From Acidimicrobiales bacterium (lineage in GTDB: Bacteria; Actinomycetota; Acidimicrobiia; Acidimicrobiales; AC-14), in NCBI GenBank assembly GCA_046262035.1, contig JBHENM010000144.1, positions 1 through 54,941 on the forward strand: a stretch of DNA of 54,941 nucleotides. The letters run 5' to 3'. This document shows positions 54,013-54,941 of this stretch, piece after piece. The position numbers and the translations under genes were made by a program. The notes under the pieces are model-generated. The model worked only from the letters and a program-made list of their open reading frames with translations, made no database searches and was not told the origin of the DNA. How positions within the stretch are numbered: position 1 is the first letter of the stretch; each line of letters begins with the position of its first letter.

Positions 54013-54801
54013 CGAGGCCTGGACGGCGGCGATGGCGACCTCCACCTGATCGTCGGTCGACGGCCGGGTGGTGAGCCGTTGCACGGCCAGCCCCGGCGCC
54101 AGCAGGGGCCTGAGCCAGCGTCGGGCCCTGGGTCGGTCCGACAGCCGCAACACCTCGTAGGCCACTCCGGCCACCACCGGCAGCATCAGCACCCGGCTGG
54201 CCAGGAGGGCCCACCACGCCTCAGGTGAGACCAGGGCGAAAGCCAGTACCGCAACCAGGGCCACCAGGATCAGAAAGTCGGTCCCGCAGCGGGCGTGGCG
54301 GGGGCTGAACGTGCGTACCGTGGCGACCTCGAGCGGGGCGCCGGCCTCGAAGGCGGCGACCGCCTTGTGCTCGGCACCGTGGTACTCGAAGTCCGACGGA
54401 TGCCGGGCAGGCGACCGATGGCGGCGATGTAACCGACGAGCATGCCCAGCCGGAGGAAGGCCTCGGTCAGGGCGAACAGGAACCCGCCGTCTCCCGCGAT
54501 CCATCGGGCGAAGAGGGCGGGGAGGAGGGCGAACAGGCTGACCATGATCACCACGCTGAACAGCGTGGCCAGCACCACCGACAGCCGGGAGGGGGCGCGC
54601 TCGCTGTCCCCGTCGGCCACCGACCGCGACCACGAAAGCGCGCCCATGCCGAGCGACACAGTGGCCACGAGGGCGACGGCGCCCCGCACGATCGGCACCC
54701 GGCGCAGCTTGAGAGCCCAGGGCGGGACCGTCGAATCCCGACACTCGATCTCGCCGTCGGGGCGGCGGACGGCGACCGCGCACCGGCAGGTTGTCGACCA
54801 C
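53974..54801 (-). pseudogene. DUF1385 (YqhQ-like) membrane protein needing two compensating frameshifts
   Basis: The C-terminal part FEYHGAEHKAVAAFEAG... is in the frame of ORF 53974-54801. The middle part AVAVRRPDGEIE..LRRVPIVRGAVALV..LVGYIAAIGRLPGIRR is in the frame of ORF 54270-54941. The switches are near 54775 and 54405. Confidence 0.7.
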
Positions 54802-54844
54802 CTCCGCGCTGGGCTTGAGCGCCCGGTGGCCGAGCCCGGCCCGT

Positions 54845-54941
54845 TCAGAGTGGGGCCGACACCAGCAGCTCCCGCGGGATCTCGGTGAAGTCGCAGGTCA
54901 GGGCCAGGCGCCCGGCGAGGATCTCCACGTTGCTGACACAC
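54845..54941 (-). CDS. 3' end of an unidentified gene entering from the right edge
   Basis: My translation ..CVSNVEILAGRLALTCDFTEIPRELLVSAPL* with very strong G/C3 bias. Stop TGA at 54847-54845. Confidence 0.4.
   Translation of the reverse strand, partial: CVSNVEILAGRLALTCDFTEIPRELLVSAPL

Overview
High-GC (about 70%) chromosomal window of actinobacterial type. The evidence is a mycothiol ligase (mshC-like), F420-linked enzymes and the coproporphyrin-type heme genes hemE-hemH-hemY; the exact taxon cannot be determined from sequence alone. All product calls come from reading motifs in the translations, since no database search was possible.

Gene content, left to right:
- A partial ATP-dependent DNA ligase, an aldehyde dehydrogenase, hemY/hemH/hemE and a MauE-like membrane protein.
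- A TPP riboswitch, thiC and a translationally coupled thermolysin-like metalloprotease.
- UDG family 4 and a DUF488 protein.
- A three-gene cluster: membrane protein, His-rich membrane protein, secreted Kelch propeller.
- A stand-alone LigD polymerase domain.
- An IS256-family element sitting between two different truncated genes (an LLM/F420 oxidoreductase and a B12-binding radical-SAM gene).
- A PEP-utilising-enzyme island, then a tyrosine phosphatase, a HIT protein and thrS.
- A fetAB-like exporter, mshC-npdG, a GGDEF cyclase and a liv-type ABC system.
- A LysMx3-M23 peptidase, an AlkA-like glycosylase and a GT1 glycosyltransferase.
- A 10.4 kb cobalamin-riboswitch-controlled late-B12 operon (cbiZ-cobU-cobS-cbiB-ThrP decarboxylase-cobQ-cobN-chlID) with divergent cobO.
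- An ACAD-fold gene, two tandem CooC-like ATPases, a membrane protein plus ECF sigma, and a frameshifted DUF1385 gene.

I saw no rRNA, tRNA or CRISPR.

Most interesting non-standard signals:
1. A 27-nt GC-rich repeat embedded in-frame and sense-oriented in four unrelated genes. It is expanded to a 3 x 33 bp array exactly at the cbiZ/cobU stop-start junction.
2. A roughly 45-nt hairpin motif present twice (21.7 kb and 29.0 kb), with a conserved core and compensatory changes in the outer stem.
3. An orphan CooC-like ATPase pair. One paralogue has its metal-binding CxC site replaced by the repeat from item 1.
4. A disrupted radical-SAM locus with a coupled 109-aa partner.

Many long ORFs in the track are antisense or out-of-frame GC artefacts. 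Several start codons were moved on the basis of SD sequences and stop/start overlaps.
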